64,000 nucleotides of DNA from an uncultured delta proteobacterium (lineage in GTDB: Bacteria > Desulfobacterota > BSN033 > UBA1163), in the NCBI GenBank assembly GCA_963765435.1, contig CAVXWK010000001.1:699294-763293 (forward strand), in the 5' to 3' direction. Positions within the stretch are counted from its first letter, which is position 1. Each line of letters begins with the position of its first letter. A program made the translations under genes and the position numbers. The notes beneath the pieces are model-generated. The model was not told the DNA's origin. It worked only from the letters and a program-made list of their open reading frames with translations, and ran no database searches. Positions 50,278 to 60,125 of this stretch are shown piece by piece.

Positions 50278-50560
50278 ATCTTTGAACAAACAATGTCAAA
50301 TTTCAAAGGCCAAATTTCAAATGAAATCCGAAGTTCAAAGGACAAAGAAGAAAGCTTCCTGCACGTTATTCAGTCATTCCGAAAATCCGTTACTCAAAAA
50401 TATCTTTGAGGCCTTGAGCTTTGACATTCATTTGACATTCGAATTTTGAAATTTGAACTTTAAGATTAAAATTAGGTTACTTGCTCTTCTGAATCTCCTT
50501 CTGCTTAAACGACGGATTCGATCCTCTTCCGGGTTCGGCTATTCAGAGAGCCAGCAGTCG

Positions 50561-51526
50561 TCATACAGTGAGGCTATGTGTTCTAAAAACGGCCCAGCCT
50601 TTCTTCTCGGCCATTCTTCTTATCTTTTCATAGGCCGCCGTTGAAATACTCTCCCTCTCGAAAAGGCCAAAAACCGTGGGGCCACTCCCCGTCATCAAAG
50701 CGCCCAGGGCTCCCGCAGAAAAAAGAATTTTTTTCATGATTCCAATCTGAGGATATTTTTTGCCAACCACTGTTTCTAAGTGATTCAGAAGAATGCGAGA
50801 AATTCCTTCAGGATTTTTCAAAAACCTATGAAGACTAAGATGAAATTGCCGATTTGTCAACCTTTCGGCTACCCAGCCTGAGGGCTGGTCCTTGCTCAAG
50901 GTTGACCCTGAGCGGCGCTTCTCCATCCCATTATGAAAACTGAGGTTTTCCGCGGTCGAACGGGTCAATACGAAATTTTGGTAAGCCCATCGCGTTGAGA
51001 CCTCAAAATTCGGATAGATAAGAACATACCATAGATCGGGAAGCTCTACCTTTTTCAACTGTTCGCCGATCCCTGAACCAATAGCCGGGCCCTTCGAAAG
51101 GAAAAAAGGAACATCTGCCCCGATTTCCAGTCCCATTGCCAACAAGTCCTTTTTAGGGAGGCCCATTTCTAAAAGTTGATTCAATGCCTTCAACGTCGTG
51201 GCTGCGTTACTACTTCCGCCTCCGAGCCCAGCACCAAGAGGAATTCTTTTCTCAATCTCAATATGAATACCCTCTTTATAAGTGGATGCTTTAAGCATAG
51301 ACTGAGCGGCCTTGTAGACCAGATTGTTTTTTCCGGTGGGGAGCTTGGGATGATCTGTCGCAATCGAAACCCCTCTTTTTTTTCTCAGGGAGAAATGGAG
51401 GGTATCGTGGAGACTGATCTTTTGGAAGATTGTCCTCAGCTCGTGATAACCATCTTCCCGTCTTCTCAGGATTTCCAATCTTAGGTTGACCTTTGCCGGA
51501 GATTCCAAACTGAGCGAATTATTCAT
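50561..51526 (-). CDS. ispE: 4-diphosphocytidyl-2-C-methyl-D-erythritol kinase
   Basis: KVNLRLEILRRREDGYHEL, PLGAGLGGGSSNAA GHMP-kinase motif. Confidence 0.8.
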   Translation of the reverse strand: MNNSLSLESPAKVNLRLEILRRREDGYHELRTIFQKISLHDTLHFSLRKKRGVSIATDHPKLPTGKNNLVYKAAQSMLKASTYKEGIHIEIEKRIPLGAGLGGGSSNAATTLKALNQLLEMGLPKKDLLAMGLEIGADVPFFLSKGPAIGSGIGEQLKKVELPDLWYVLIYPNFEVSTRWAYQNFVLTRSTAENLSFHNGMEKRRSGSTLSKDQPSGWVAERLTNRQFHLSLHRFLKNPEGISRILLNHLETVVGKKYPQIGIMKKILFSAGALGALMTGSGPTVFGLFERESISTAAYEKIRRMAEKKGWAVFRTHSLTV

Positions 51527-51673
51527 ATCGACCCAATTCCATGATAGGAAAGTCCTTCTTTTTTTTCAAGTGGTTTTTGAGGGTTAAATTTGAGGACAAA
51601 ATATGCAGGATGTCGCTCGTTCGATGCCTCGGCTCAGGAGATAACTCTGGACCGCTTGGCGCGACCGAATGGA

Positions 51674-51874
51674 TCAATCGTCATGCAGTTGGATGGATTC
51701 TGTCGGGCATTGGTTCACGCAGGCCCAGCACTCGATACAATCTTCAGGGTGGATAGGGGTTGATCTATCCTCTTCGACTTCATAGACTTCGCTTGGACAG
51801 ATCTCAATGCAGTTTCCACAGCCATTGCATTTGTCTCGATCAACGATAGGATACATGATTGCTTCAAACTCCAA
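51674..51874 (-). CDS. 4Fe-4S ferredoxin
   Basis: two CxxCxxCxxxCP motifs (CNGCGNCIEICP, CIECWACVNQCP). Confidence 0.65.
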   Translation of the reverse strand: MEFEAIMYPIVDRDKCNGCGNCIEICPSEVYEVEEDRSTPIHPEDCIECWACVNQCPTESIQLHDD

Positions 51875-52019
51875 ATTTCAAATTACAAATCCCAAGTAAA
51901 TTCAAGACACAAATGCCACCCCTCTCCCCCGAATTGAGAGAGAGGAAGTGGCAAGGCTTGTTCGAAACTCCGCTGGTGAGGTCTTGACAAAAAGAGGAAC
52001 CGGTTTTCTTTGAGGCTTC

Positions 52020-52256
52020 TTAAACCGTCTCTACGCTTTTTACCTCTGGGACCTGCTGTTTGAGCACTTTCTCAACACCCATCTTCAAAGTCATCTGGGA
52101 CATGGGACAACCACCGCAAGCACCGGTCAATCTGACCCGAACCACTCCATCCACCACATCGATCAATTCGATGTCCCCGCCATCGGCTTGAAGCGCCGGC
52201 CGGATCTTCTGTAACGCCTTTTCGACATTCTCTTTCATTCCGTTTTCACCTCCCAT
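52020..52256 (-). CDS. NifU-like (Nfu-type) Fe-S cluster assembly protein
   Basis: DGGDIELIDV...GACGGCP motif. Confidence 0.75.
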   Translation of the reverse strand: MGGENGMKENVEKALQKIRPALQADGGDIELIDVVDGVVRVRLTGACGGCPMSQMTLKMGVEKVLKQQVPEVKSVETV

Positions 52257-52283
52257 TCATTGTTCTGTAATTATAACATATTA

Positions 52284-53828
52284 CCTGAAAAAAGCGTGAA
52301 AAGTGATGCTTCAGATTGAGAAACCTTTAAACACTGGGGATTGTGCCCACCCATTTCTGAAAAAATTTACAAATTGGTTGAAATTTATAATGGTTTCATC
52401 TCTCTTATCTTCTGGAGGATATGATCCAAAGTTTGTTTTGAGATATACTCGCTGGGTAATTTGAGAACGTTCCGGTGCTGCGACTTTACCAATCTCGCAG
52501 GTAGGACTAAAAATTCTGTCCGAATGGTCTCCAAGGTTGCATTCTGAAATCTTGAAGGTAGACAGAGTCTCTTGAACCAATTGACCAGATTGTAGGCAAA
52601 CAGTAAGAGATGGAAATAGAACTGATTGGCCTGAAAACTGTTTGTAGGAATCTTGGCCAAAGCATAACTTTCTTTGAGCTCCCTGATAGTGACTTCGATC
52701 GCTGCCCTGGGCCGATAAAAATACCAAATCTCTTCTGCCCTGAGAGGGAGATTGGTGACAAAGACCTGATAGCTGTAACGCTTCAAAGTGAAAAGCGTCA
52801 GTTGTTCGGAGTCTTTCTCGGGAAGGGGACGGCGGATGACCACAAAACGATGAGACTCCTTCCACCGGAAAGGTTTGTAGAAGAACTCGGCTGCTCCCCA
52901 GTTTCTCTTGAACCGGTAATAACGAAGATTCCCTATTTTGTTTTTGATCGGTCGGGTCATCTTGGCTACGATGACATAGCCAATGCCCTCTTGATCCAGA
53001 GGCTCGATAAATTTGTGATCGAAAAAACCGGAATCGGCTCGTACTCGAATTCGATAGATACCAGGGGGAACCTTTCGGAGACATTGTTTGAAGAATTCTG
53101 TTGCACCTGAAGAGGTATAAGCGTTTCCAGGTCTTAAGAGACCATGCCAAAAGTCTCTGGAATGATATTCGAAACAAAGCAATGGATGGTAAGAACGAGC
53201 CCCTCTTTTGTGAGGATTGTAGCCGACTTCGGCTCCTTCGATAAGCTTGCCATAAAGAGTGAGGACGGAGGAATCCAAATCGAACAGAAGGCTGGTCCGA
53301 GGTTTGGGTAGATAGAACATTTTCAGCCTTAAGTGGTCGTGGACTTTGGTGATGCTCTGAACGACCTGAGGATTGACTCGTTTGAGGAATCGCCTTAAAC
53401 TGCTGGCATAAGGAAATTTCTTTAAGCCGATGATCTGTTGAAACGCGCCATTGCCTTGCAGGATTTTGGTTTTGCTTAGGCGATGGATTCCAGCAATCAA
53501 AGCATAAAGGATGGCTAGGATTAACTCTACAGGATGATAATAACTGGAACGCTGGAGGAAAGAGACCTGTTTTTGCAAATACCATTTTAATCTCAGTTTT
53601 TTGCAAAACTGATGAATAAGGAAGATACCCCCAAAGTGAGTCAGGTTGCGCTCTCCAAGGGAGATATGTAAAATTCTCAGACCTTTTGGCATCGGGCACA
53701 ATGTTCCCTTTTAGGGAAGGTTCTGCCGTAGAAGCTTTATCAAGATTATATAGCGTCTCCATAAGGTTTTAAAGGCCTATCCGCTTGTATGGTGGTAAAG
53801 GAAATATCATTTTCACGCTTTTTTCAGG
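52284..53828 (-). mobile_element. IS1380-family insertion sequence with about 22-bp IRs and 5-bp TSD TATTA
   Basis: CCTGAAAAAAGCGTGAAAAG ... CTTTTCACGCTTTTTTCAGG termini; TATTA at 52279-83 and 53829-33. Confidence 0.8.
52385..53701 (-). CDS. IS1380-family DDE transposase
   Basis: 438 aa; GYNPHKRGARSYHPLL, RADSGFFD, VFVTNLPL blocks like ISEcp1/IS1380 transposases. Confidence 0.8.
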   Translation of the reverse strand: MCPMPKGLRILHISLGERNLTHFGGIFLIHQFCKKLRLKWYLQKQVSFLQRSSYYHPVELILAILYALIAGIHRLSKTKILQGNGAFQQIIGLKKFPYASSLRRFLKRVNPQVVQSITKVHDHLRLKMFYLPKPRTSLLFDLDSSVLTLYGKLIEGAEVGYNPHKRGARSYHPLLCFEYHSRDFWHGLLRPGNAYTSSGATEFFKQCLRKVPPGIYRIRVRADSGFFDHKFIEPLDQEGIGYVIVAKMTRPIKNKIGNLRYYRFKRNWGAAEFFYKPFRWKESHRFVVIRRPLPEKDSEQLTLFTLKRYSYQVFVTNLPLRAEEIWYFYRPRAAIEVTIRELKESYALAKIPTNSFQANQFYFHLLLFAYNLVNWFKRLCLPSRFQNATLETIRTEFLVLPARLVKSQHRNVLKLPSEYISKQTLDHILQKIREMKPL

Positions 53829-53961
53829 TATTACTCTCTGCTAACAAACAAAATTATTGATTTTATTGACTTTTACAATGGAGGGTGGGGAATTTAATCC
53901 GTCTGCCAGTCGTATAGGTCTCCGAGTTCGGTTTCGGATTCCCAACTTCAAACTTTAACCT

Positions 53962-54897
53962 TTATCCTTTCAACTCCAAATATTTCTCGACAGCACAGGC
54001 AGCGGTCGCTCCGTCTCCCACTGCCGTGGCGATTTGACGCACCAACTTTTTCCTGCAATCGCCGGCGGCGAAAATACCTTTCACAGAGGTTTCTCCATTC
54101 CCAGCAGTAAGAACGTATCCCTCCTCATCCGTTTCGACCAGACCTTTCAAAAACTGGGTTCTGGGCAAAAGCCCAACAAATAGAAAAACACCTTGTATAT
54201 CGTGCTCGGTTACTTCTCCAGATTTTAGATTTTTTACACGAATCGACTGAACGGTTTGACCTCCTTTTATCTCTTGTATGACTGAATTCCAGAGCATTTT
54301 GATCTTTGGATTTGCAAATACTCTCTCCTGATAAATTTTTGTTCCTCGAAGCGCTTCCCTTCGATGGATAATGGTCACCTCCTTGACGAACTTCGTGAGA
54401 TAAAGGGCCTCCGTAAGCGCAGAATCCCCTCCTCCCACAACAACGATTTGGTTGCCTTGGAAAAAAGCCCCATCACACGTGGCACAATAAGAGACGCCTT
54501 TGCCGGCGAACTCTTTTTCCCCGGGAACCCCCAAGTTCCGGTATTCTGTCCCGGTACAAATAATGAGAGCATCAGCAAGATAGGTTCCCTCTTCGGTCTT
54601 AATAACCTTCTTATCCCCTTCCAGCTTGACCTCCACAACATATTGGGAAACGATTTCTAACCCAAACCGCTTTGCCTGCTCCTCCATCAAACGACTTAGC
54701 TCATCTCCTGCGATCCCGTGCGGGAAGCCAGGATAGTTCTCTACGAGCTCTGTGGTGGTCATCTGACCTCCCAAAAGACCGTTATCGATGAGGACGCTAC
54801 GCAGCCTTGACCTGGATGTGTAGAGACCCGCCGTGAGGCCTGCAGGTCCCCCCCCAACGATAATAACATCATAAGTCTTTCTCGCTCCCCCCTCCAT
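53962..54897 (-). CDS. trxB: thioredoxin-disulfide reductase
   Basis: VIIVGGGPAGLTA, CATCDG redox-active motif; start at MEGGARK. Confidence 0.85.
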   Translation of the reverse strand: MEGGARKTYDVIIVGGGPAGLTAGLYTSRSRLRSVLIDNGLLGGQMTTTELVENYPGFPHGIAGDELSRLMEEQAKRFGLEIVSQYVVEVKLEGDKKVIKTEEGTYLADALIICTGTEYRNLGVPGEKEFAGKGVSYCATCDGAFFQGNQIVVVGGGDSALTEALYLTKFVKEVTIIHRREALRGTKIYQERVFANPKIKMLWNSVIQEIKGGQTVQSIRVKNLKSGEVTEHDIQGVFLFVGLLPRTQFLKGLVETDEEGYVLTAGNGETSVKGIFAAGDCRKKLVRQIATAVGDGATAACAVEKYLELKG

Positions 54898-55084
54898 CCA
54901 TGCCTCCTTATTTGTAGGATAAATGCAGGATAGGACATCGATGGCTGCTTTGTCAATGAATAGGAAGGAGATTTGAGAATTAGTACTTGACATGCAAGGG
55001 GGGCTTGCTATATTCTCACGAAATTAGCGGCCTCTTATGGTGAATGGAGACGCTAAAATACCATAAAAGCAGAGGAGGCAAATT

Positions 55085-55621
55085 ATGAGCAAAAGAGTAC
55101 GGCATGGGAGTGTAGTGGCAATGTTGCTTGTGGCAGGGGCATGTATGATTTCCCTCGTATTTTCTCCGTCTATCACTTTAGCGAAAGATAAGGAATTCGT
55201 CTATGATAAGGCTCCCGCTTTCTCCGTTACCTATCCTTCGAGTTGGTCAGTGGATCGCGAAAACCCCTGGAAGGTAATGTTCCGAGTAGAAGCGTCTGCG
55301 AAAATCCCTGTAATGGATATTCAGGTCCTCGATATTCCTAAGGGGGTGGCTCTGGCGGATATTGGAAAATATTACAAGAAGGCGATATTGGACAAGGAAC
55401 AGAAGGTAGATTCTGAAATCGTCTCGGATCAGATGAAAGCCCTGAAGGACGGGACTAAAGTTAATGAAATTGTACTGAAATATAAATATCAAGGGTGGCT
55501 GGATTTGCAGGCTACCATTGTATCCGCCTATAAGGATAATAAGTGGGTATACGTTTGTATTAACGATTCATCATACAACGACCCCTTGAGAAATGTTCTT
55601 TACAGTCTGAAGTTTAAATAG
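55085..55621 (+). CDS. hypothetical secreted protein
   Basis: N-terminal signal peptide; no recognised domain. Confidence 0.5.
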   Translation: MSKRVRHGSVVAMLLVAGACMISLVFSPSITLAKDKEFVYDKAPAFSVTYPSSWSVDRENPWKVMFRVEASAKIPVMDIQVLDIPKGVALADIGKYYKKAILDKEQKVDSEIVSDQMKALKDGTKVNEIVLKYKYQGWLDLQATIVSAYKDNKWVYVCINDSSYNDPLRNVLYSLKFK

Positions 55622-55872
55622 TCGATTAAGGCCATGAATATCGGGCCTGACTTGCAAACCCGATATTCACGGCCTTGAGAATAAGACGTCCTCCTTCTCC
55701 GTAGATCGGTCATTCTGCCTTTCTTTTTATTCCCAACCCATTAATAATTTACCCACACCCGGGTCGGTCCATTTTCCACCAAGAATGCCTTACCAGGAAA
55801 CCATGAGCTTGACAATTAGGAATTGTGAAAGATAGATTAAACCCTTATAATTTAAGTCGAAGGGAGGAAGAT

Positions 55873-56292
55873 ATGGAAAGGACACTGTCTATTGTGAAGC
55901 CGGATGGCATCCAGAAACATCTGATCGGTGAGGTCATTAAACGCTTTGAAAATAGTGGGCTGAAGGTGATCGGTCTCAAAATGATTTCGATGAATAGGAA
56001 AGAGGCGGAGGGATTTTACGCCGTCCACCGAGGCAAACCTTTTTTCGAAAGCCTGACCACTTTCATGTCTTCGGGACCTTCGGTGGTCATGGTCCTTCAA
56101 GGGGAGGGGGCGATTTCAAAGACACGGGAGTTGATGGGTGCCACTGATCCTAAACAAGCAAAGGAAGGAACTCTGCGGCGCCAGTTTGCTACCAATATTG
56201 AAAAAAACGTGGTGCACGGTTCCGATGCGCCTGAAACAGCTGCCTTTGAAATCAAATACTTCTTTAATTCTCTGGAGATCTTTGATTATTGA
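55873..56292 (+). CDS. ndk: nucleoside diphosphate kinase
   Basis: MERTLSIVKPDG..., NVVHGSD motifs. Confidence 0.9.
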   Translation: MERTLSIVKPDGIQKHLIGEVIKRFENSGLKVIGLKMISMNRKEAEGFYAVHRGKPFFESLTTFMSSGPSVVMVLQGEGAISKTRELMGATDPKQAKEGTLRRQFATNIEKNVVHGSDAPETAAFEIKYFFNSLEIFDY

Positions 56293-57321
56293 ATGGAAAA
56301 AGTTGATTTAAAGAATTTAAGCCCCTCTGAACTCAATGAATTCCTTAAATCCTTTGGCAAAGAACGCTACCGAAGTATCCAGATTCTGAGGTGGCTCTAC
56401 CAGAAGGGTGTTCAATCCTTCGATGAGATGACCAATCTTTCCAAAAGATTCCGCCGGGAGTTGAGCCAGGCCAGCTTTATTTCAACCCTCTGCCCGCTGC
56501 GCGTAGAACAGGCCAGCGATGGAACAAGAAAATTCTTATTTCAACTCGAAGACGGAAACCGAATCGAAAGCGTTCTGATTCCCGATAAGGCACGCCTCAC
56601 CCTTTGCCTTTCGACTCAGGTGGGATGTGCCTTCGGGTGTCGATTCTGTCTGACCGGAAAGATAGGATTGAAACGAGATCTCAGTGTCCCAGAGATCGTC
56701 AATCAAATTCTGGCGGTCAGAAGAACGCTGCCTCAAAAAAGAGCCATAACCAATATCGTCTTGATGGGAATGGGGGAACCCCTTGCCAATTACGATCATT
56801 CATTGAAGGCGATCGCGCTGATGACCCACCCTGATGCGTTTAAGTTCTCCTCGAGAAGAGTCACCCTTTCAACCGTCGGTCCCCTTCCCCAGTTGGAACG
56901 GCTGTCGAAAGAAAAGATCTCATTTCGTCTCGCCATCTCCCTCAACGCGACAGAGGAAGAGACTCGAAGTTATCTCATGCCCGTCAACCGTCTTTACCCG
57001 TTGCGTAAGGTGTTAGCATTATGCAAGCGTTTTCCTCTCACGCCAAGAACTCGCATTACCTTTGAATATGTCCTCGTGGAAGGGATGAATGATTCTTCCC
57101 AGGATGCCAAAAGACTATTAAGAATATTAAAAGGCATTCCCTCCAAGGTCAATCTCATCCCGCTCAATGAAGCCCCAGAAATCCCTTTTAAAAAGCCTTC
57201 GGAAGAAAGCGTCAAACGGTTTCAGGAAATTTTAATGGAGGGAGGGATCACAGCCATTGTCCGAACGAGCAAAGGGAGAGAGATTTCAGCGGCTTGCGGT
57301 CAACTCCACGGAAAGGGGTGA
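56293..57321 (+). CDS. rlmN: 23S rRNA/tRNA (adenine-C2)-methyltransferase RlmN (radical SAM)
   Basis: CAFGCRFCLTG radical-SAM motif, RlmN length. Confidence 0.9.
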   Translation: MEKVDLKNLSPSELNEFLKSFGKERYRSIQILRWLYQKGVQSFDEMTNLSKRFRRELSQASFISTLCPLRVEQASDGTRKFLFQLEDGNRIESVLIPDKARLTLCLSTQVGCAFGCRFCLTGKIGLKRDLSVPEIVNQILAVRRTLPQKRAITNIVLMGMGEPLANYDHSLKAIALMTHPDAFKFSSRRVTLSTVGPLPQLERLSKEKISFRLAISLNATEEETRSYLMPVNRLYPLRKVLALCKRFPLTPRTRITFEYVLVEGMNDSSQDAKRLLRILKGIPSKVNLIPLNEAPEIPFKKPSEESVKRFQEILMEGGITAIVRTSKGREISAACGQLHGKG

Positions 57322-57376
57322 TGATTGATTTTTGGCCGGCGTAGGGTTAACATGAACCTTAATTTGATCGAGGAGG

Positions 57377-58246
57377 ATGCGAATGTCAGAAAAGATCGTT
57401 GGGGTGATTGGCGGATCAGGTCTCTACGAAATGGAGGGTCTTGAAAAGGTCCAAACCGTTGCCATAAAGACCCCGTTCGGAGACCCGTCGGATTCGTTCG
57501 TTGTGGGGGTTCTCGAAGGGGTTAGAGTCGCCTTTTTGCCGAGGCATGGAAAAGGCCATCGCATCCAGCCCTCTTCGCTAAACTTTAGGGCAAATATCTA
57601 CGGAATGAAAAAGCTGGGTGCTCAGTGGATCGTCGGCGTCAGTGCGGTGGGATCTATGAAGGAATCGATTCACCCCGGAGATATGGTGATCCCGAATCAA
57701 TTCATCGATCAGACAAAGGGTCGTCCGAGCACCTTCTTCAGCGGCGGGATCGTGGCTCACATCAGTTTTGCCGATCCGGTTTGTCCCGTTCTAAGCCAGA
57801 TCCTGTGCGACGCCGGAAAGGGGGTCGGCGCGACCGTCCATAAAGATGGAACGTATCTTTGTATTGAGGGACCCCAATTTTCAACGCGCGCTGAATCGAG
57901 GCTTTTCCGGACTTGGGGTGTGGACGTCATCGGCATGACCAACCTCCCCGAGGCGAAACTGGCTCGGGAAGCTGAAATCTGTTATTCCACCATCGCCTTT
58001 GCAACCGATTACGATTGCTGGCACGAGGCGGCGGGAGACGTTTCCATTGGTGAGGTCTTGAGAATTCTATCCCAGAGCACGAAGATAGCAAAAAACGCGA
58101 TTCGACAGGCAATCAAACATCTTCCTGACAAAAGAGAATGTGTTTGTGCCAGTGCTTTACAACATGCCCTGATCACCGGCAAAAAGTATATCCCCGAGAA
58201 AACAAAAAAAGATTTAGAACCAATTATAGGAAAATATATCCGTTGA
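57377..58246 (+). CDS. mtnP: S-methyl-5'-thioadenosine phosphorylase
   Basis: IGVIGGSGLY, PNP/MTAP family motifs. Confidence 0.85.
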   Translation: MRMSEKIVGVIGGSGLYEMEGLEKVQTVAIKTPFGDPSDSFVVGVLEGVRVAFLPRHGKGHRIQPSSLNFRANIYGMKKLGAQWIVGVSAVGSMKESIHPGDMVIPNQFIDQTKGRPSTFFSGGIVAHISFADPVCPVLSQILCDAGKGVGATVHKDGTYLCIEGPQFSTRAESRLFRTWGVDVIGMTNLPEAKLAREAEICYSTIAFATDYDCWHEAAGDVSIGEVLRILSQSTKIAKNAIRQAIKHLPDKRECVCASALQHALITGKKYIPEKTKKDLEPIIGKYIR

Positions 58247-58305
58247 GGACGAAACCCCCTCACCCCATCCCTCTCCCCCGATGGGGAGAGGGGAGGGTAA
58301 GGGGA

Positions 58306-58800
58306 ATGAATTTTGTTGCAGATCGCATGCTGGGAAAATTGGCCAAGCAGTTGAGGATGCTTGGCTATGATACGATTTATTATCGAGGAGAAGAGGCCTA
58401 TCGTTTGATAAAATTGGCGCGCGGGGAAGGTCGAGTCATCCTGACCCGAAACACCAAACTTCTCCCCAAGACATCGGAGGACCGGATCGTCAGAATCACA
58501 GAGGATAGACCTTCTCTTCAGATAAGGGAGCTCATTCAAAAGGGTTATATTTCACTGAGCGAGGACAACCTTCTTTCCAGGTGCCTTTTGTGCAACGTCC
58601 TTCTCGATGACATCCCGCGGGAGGAAGCCGAGGGGAAGGTCCCGGACTTTATCTTTTACCAACAGAAGGAATTTTACCGATGTCCACGATGTCTCAGAAT
58701 CTACTGGCAAGGTTCCCATCAGGAGAATATGCTAAAGAGAATTGAGGAATTGAGAAATTTGGGAACAAGCACCAAATCACAAGCACCAAGCATCAAATAA
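58306..58800 (+). CDS. Mut7-C RNase-domain (DUF82) protein
   Basis: MNFVADRMLGKLAKQLRMLGYDT...ILTRNTKL pattern plus C-terminal CxxC...CPRC. Confidence 0.6.
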   Translation: MNFVADRMLGKLAKQLRMLGYDTIYYRGEEAYRLIKLARGEGRVILTRNTKLLPKTSEDRIVRITEDRPSLQIRELIQKGYISLSEDNLLSRCLLCNVLLDDIPREEAEGKVPDFIFYQQKEFYRCPRCLRIYWQGSHQENMLKRIEELRNLGTSTKSQAPSIK

Positions 58801-58912
58801 ATTCCAATGACCAAAATTCGAAACTACGAACAAAACAGTTTTGGCCATTTGGAAATTGGAGATTGAAGTTTGTTTGGGATTTGGGATTTGTAATCTGGAA
58901 ATTAAATAGGCG

Positions 58913-59500
58913 ATGCGCATTATCAGTGGGACATCGAGGGGACGGAAATTAGTGACGCCGAGGGACCAGTCCCTTCGCCCTACCTCTGATCGGGTGAAGG
59001 AATCCATCTTTGACATCCTTCAAGACGACCTGGAGGGAAAAATCGTTCTCGATCTTTTCGCGGGCACAGGAAATTTAGGGATCGAAGCCCTGAGCCGAGG
59101 GGCGAGGAGGGCCATCTTTGTAGAAAAGGGACGGCAGGCCTTACGACTCATTCAAAGAAATCTCACCCAAGTCGGATTGGAAGAAAGATCAGAAATCCTT
59201 CCAAAAGATGTGAGCAGGGCGATTGGAATCCTCAAACAGAGAGGAGAATGTTTCGATTTGATCATGATGGACCCTCCGTATGAGAGGGGGCTGATCCAGA
59301 GCACCTTGATGAAATTAAATTTCAATCCGATTTATCACTCGGATTCCATCCTGGTCATCGAGCACAACCGGCGTGAGCCCCTTCCCCACGTCCTGGACGG
59401 ATGGAATCTCGTTCGCCAGCGGCGGATTGCAGACACCATGATCTCTATTCTAACCCCTCAGAAAGGGGATCATAAAACCGAGGTCGCTACGGAATCCTAA
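58913..59500 (+). CDS. rsmD: 16S rRNA (guanine966-N2)-methyltransferase
   Basis: MRIISGTSRGRKL, DLFAGTGNLGIEALSRGA, DPPY motifs. Confidence 0.85.
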   Translation: MRIISGTSRGRKLVTPRDQSLRPTSDRVKESIFDILQDDLEGKIVLDLFAGTGNLGIEALSRGARRAIFVEKGRQALRLIQRNLTQVGLEERSEILPKDVSRAIGILKQRGECFDLIMMDPPYERGLIQSTLMKLNFNPIYHSDSILVIEHNRREPLPHVLDGWNLVRQRRIADTMISILTPQKGDHKTEVATES

Positions 59501-59548
59501 ACCCCCTTCCTACCTAACGACAGGTCGTCACCCATGAGGAGGTGTGAA

Positions 59549-60100
59549 ATGGCGAGGAACAAGAAAGAAGAGTTTAAGAATACGGCAAACGTGGCCATCT
59601 ATCCAGGCTCCTTTGACCCCATCACCTACGGTCATATCGACATCGTCGAAAGAGCTCTTGTGATCTTTGACAAAGTGATCATTGCCATCGCAGAAAATGA
59701 AGAAAAACGTCCGCTCTTCTCCGTTGAAGAACGCCTTGAAATGGTGAAAGAGATCTTTAAAGATACGCCTAATGTCATCGTGGATAGTTTCAAGGGCCTT
59801 CTCGTCAACTACGTGGCGAAGACCAATGCCAAGGTGAGCTTACGGGGTCTCCGTGCGACCTCCGACTTCGAATATGAATTTCACATGGCCTCGATGAATC
59901 GAAGCCTCAGCACCCAACTGGATACCCTTTTCATGATGACCAGCAAGGACTATTTCTTCGTCTCCTCCAGAACCATCAAAGAGGTCGCCAGATTAGGGGG
60001 CGGCGTGGAAGGATTGGTTCCAGACCTCGTCGTCACGCGATTAAGAGAAAAGTTCAGACTCCCGGTCACAAAAAGAAAACAAATCGGCTGGGACGATTAG
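59549..60100 (+). CDS. coaD: phosphopantetheine adenylyltransferase
   Basis: AIYPGSFDPITYGHIDI motif. Confidence 0.9.
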   Translation: MARNKKEEFKNTANVAIYPGSFDPITYGHIDIVERALVIFDKVIIAIAENEEKRPLFSVEERLEMVKEIFKDTPNVIVDSFKGLLVNYVAKTNAKVSLRGLRATSDFEYEFHMASMNRSLSTQLDTLFMMTSKDYFFVSSRTIKEVARLGGGVEGLVPDLVVTRLREKFRLPVTKRKQIGWDD

Positions 60101-60125
60101 AGCAGGACGGGGTTTTTGGGTGGGC

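Noticed and set aside
52311-53762. 483-aa minus-strand ORF
   Set aside because: Alternative frame overlapping the IS1380 transposase; no family resemblance.
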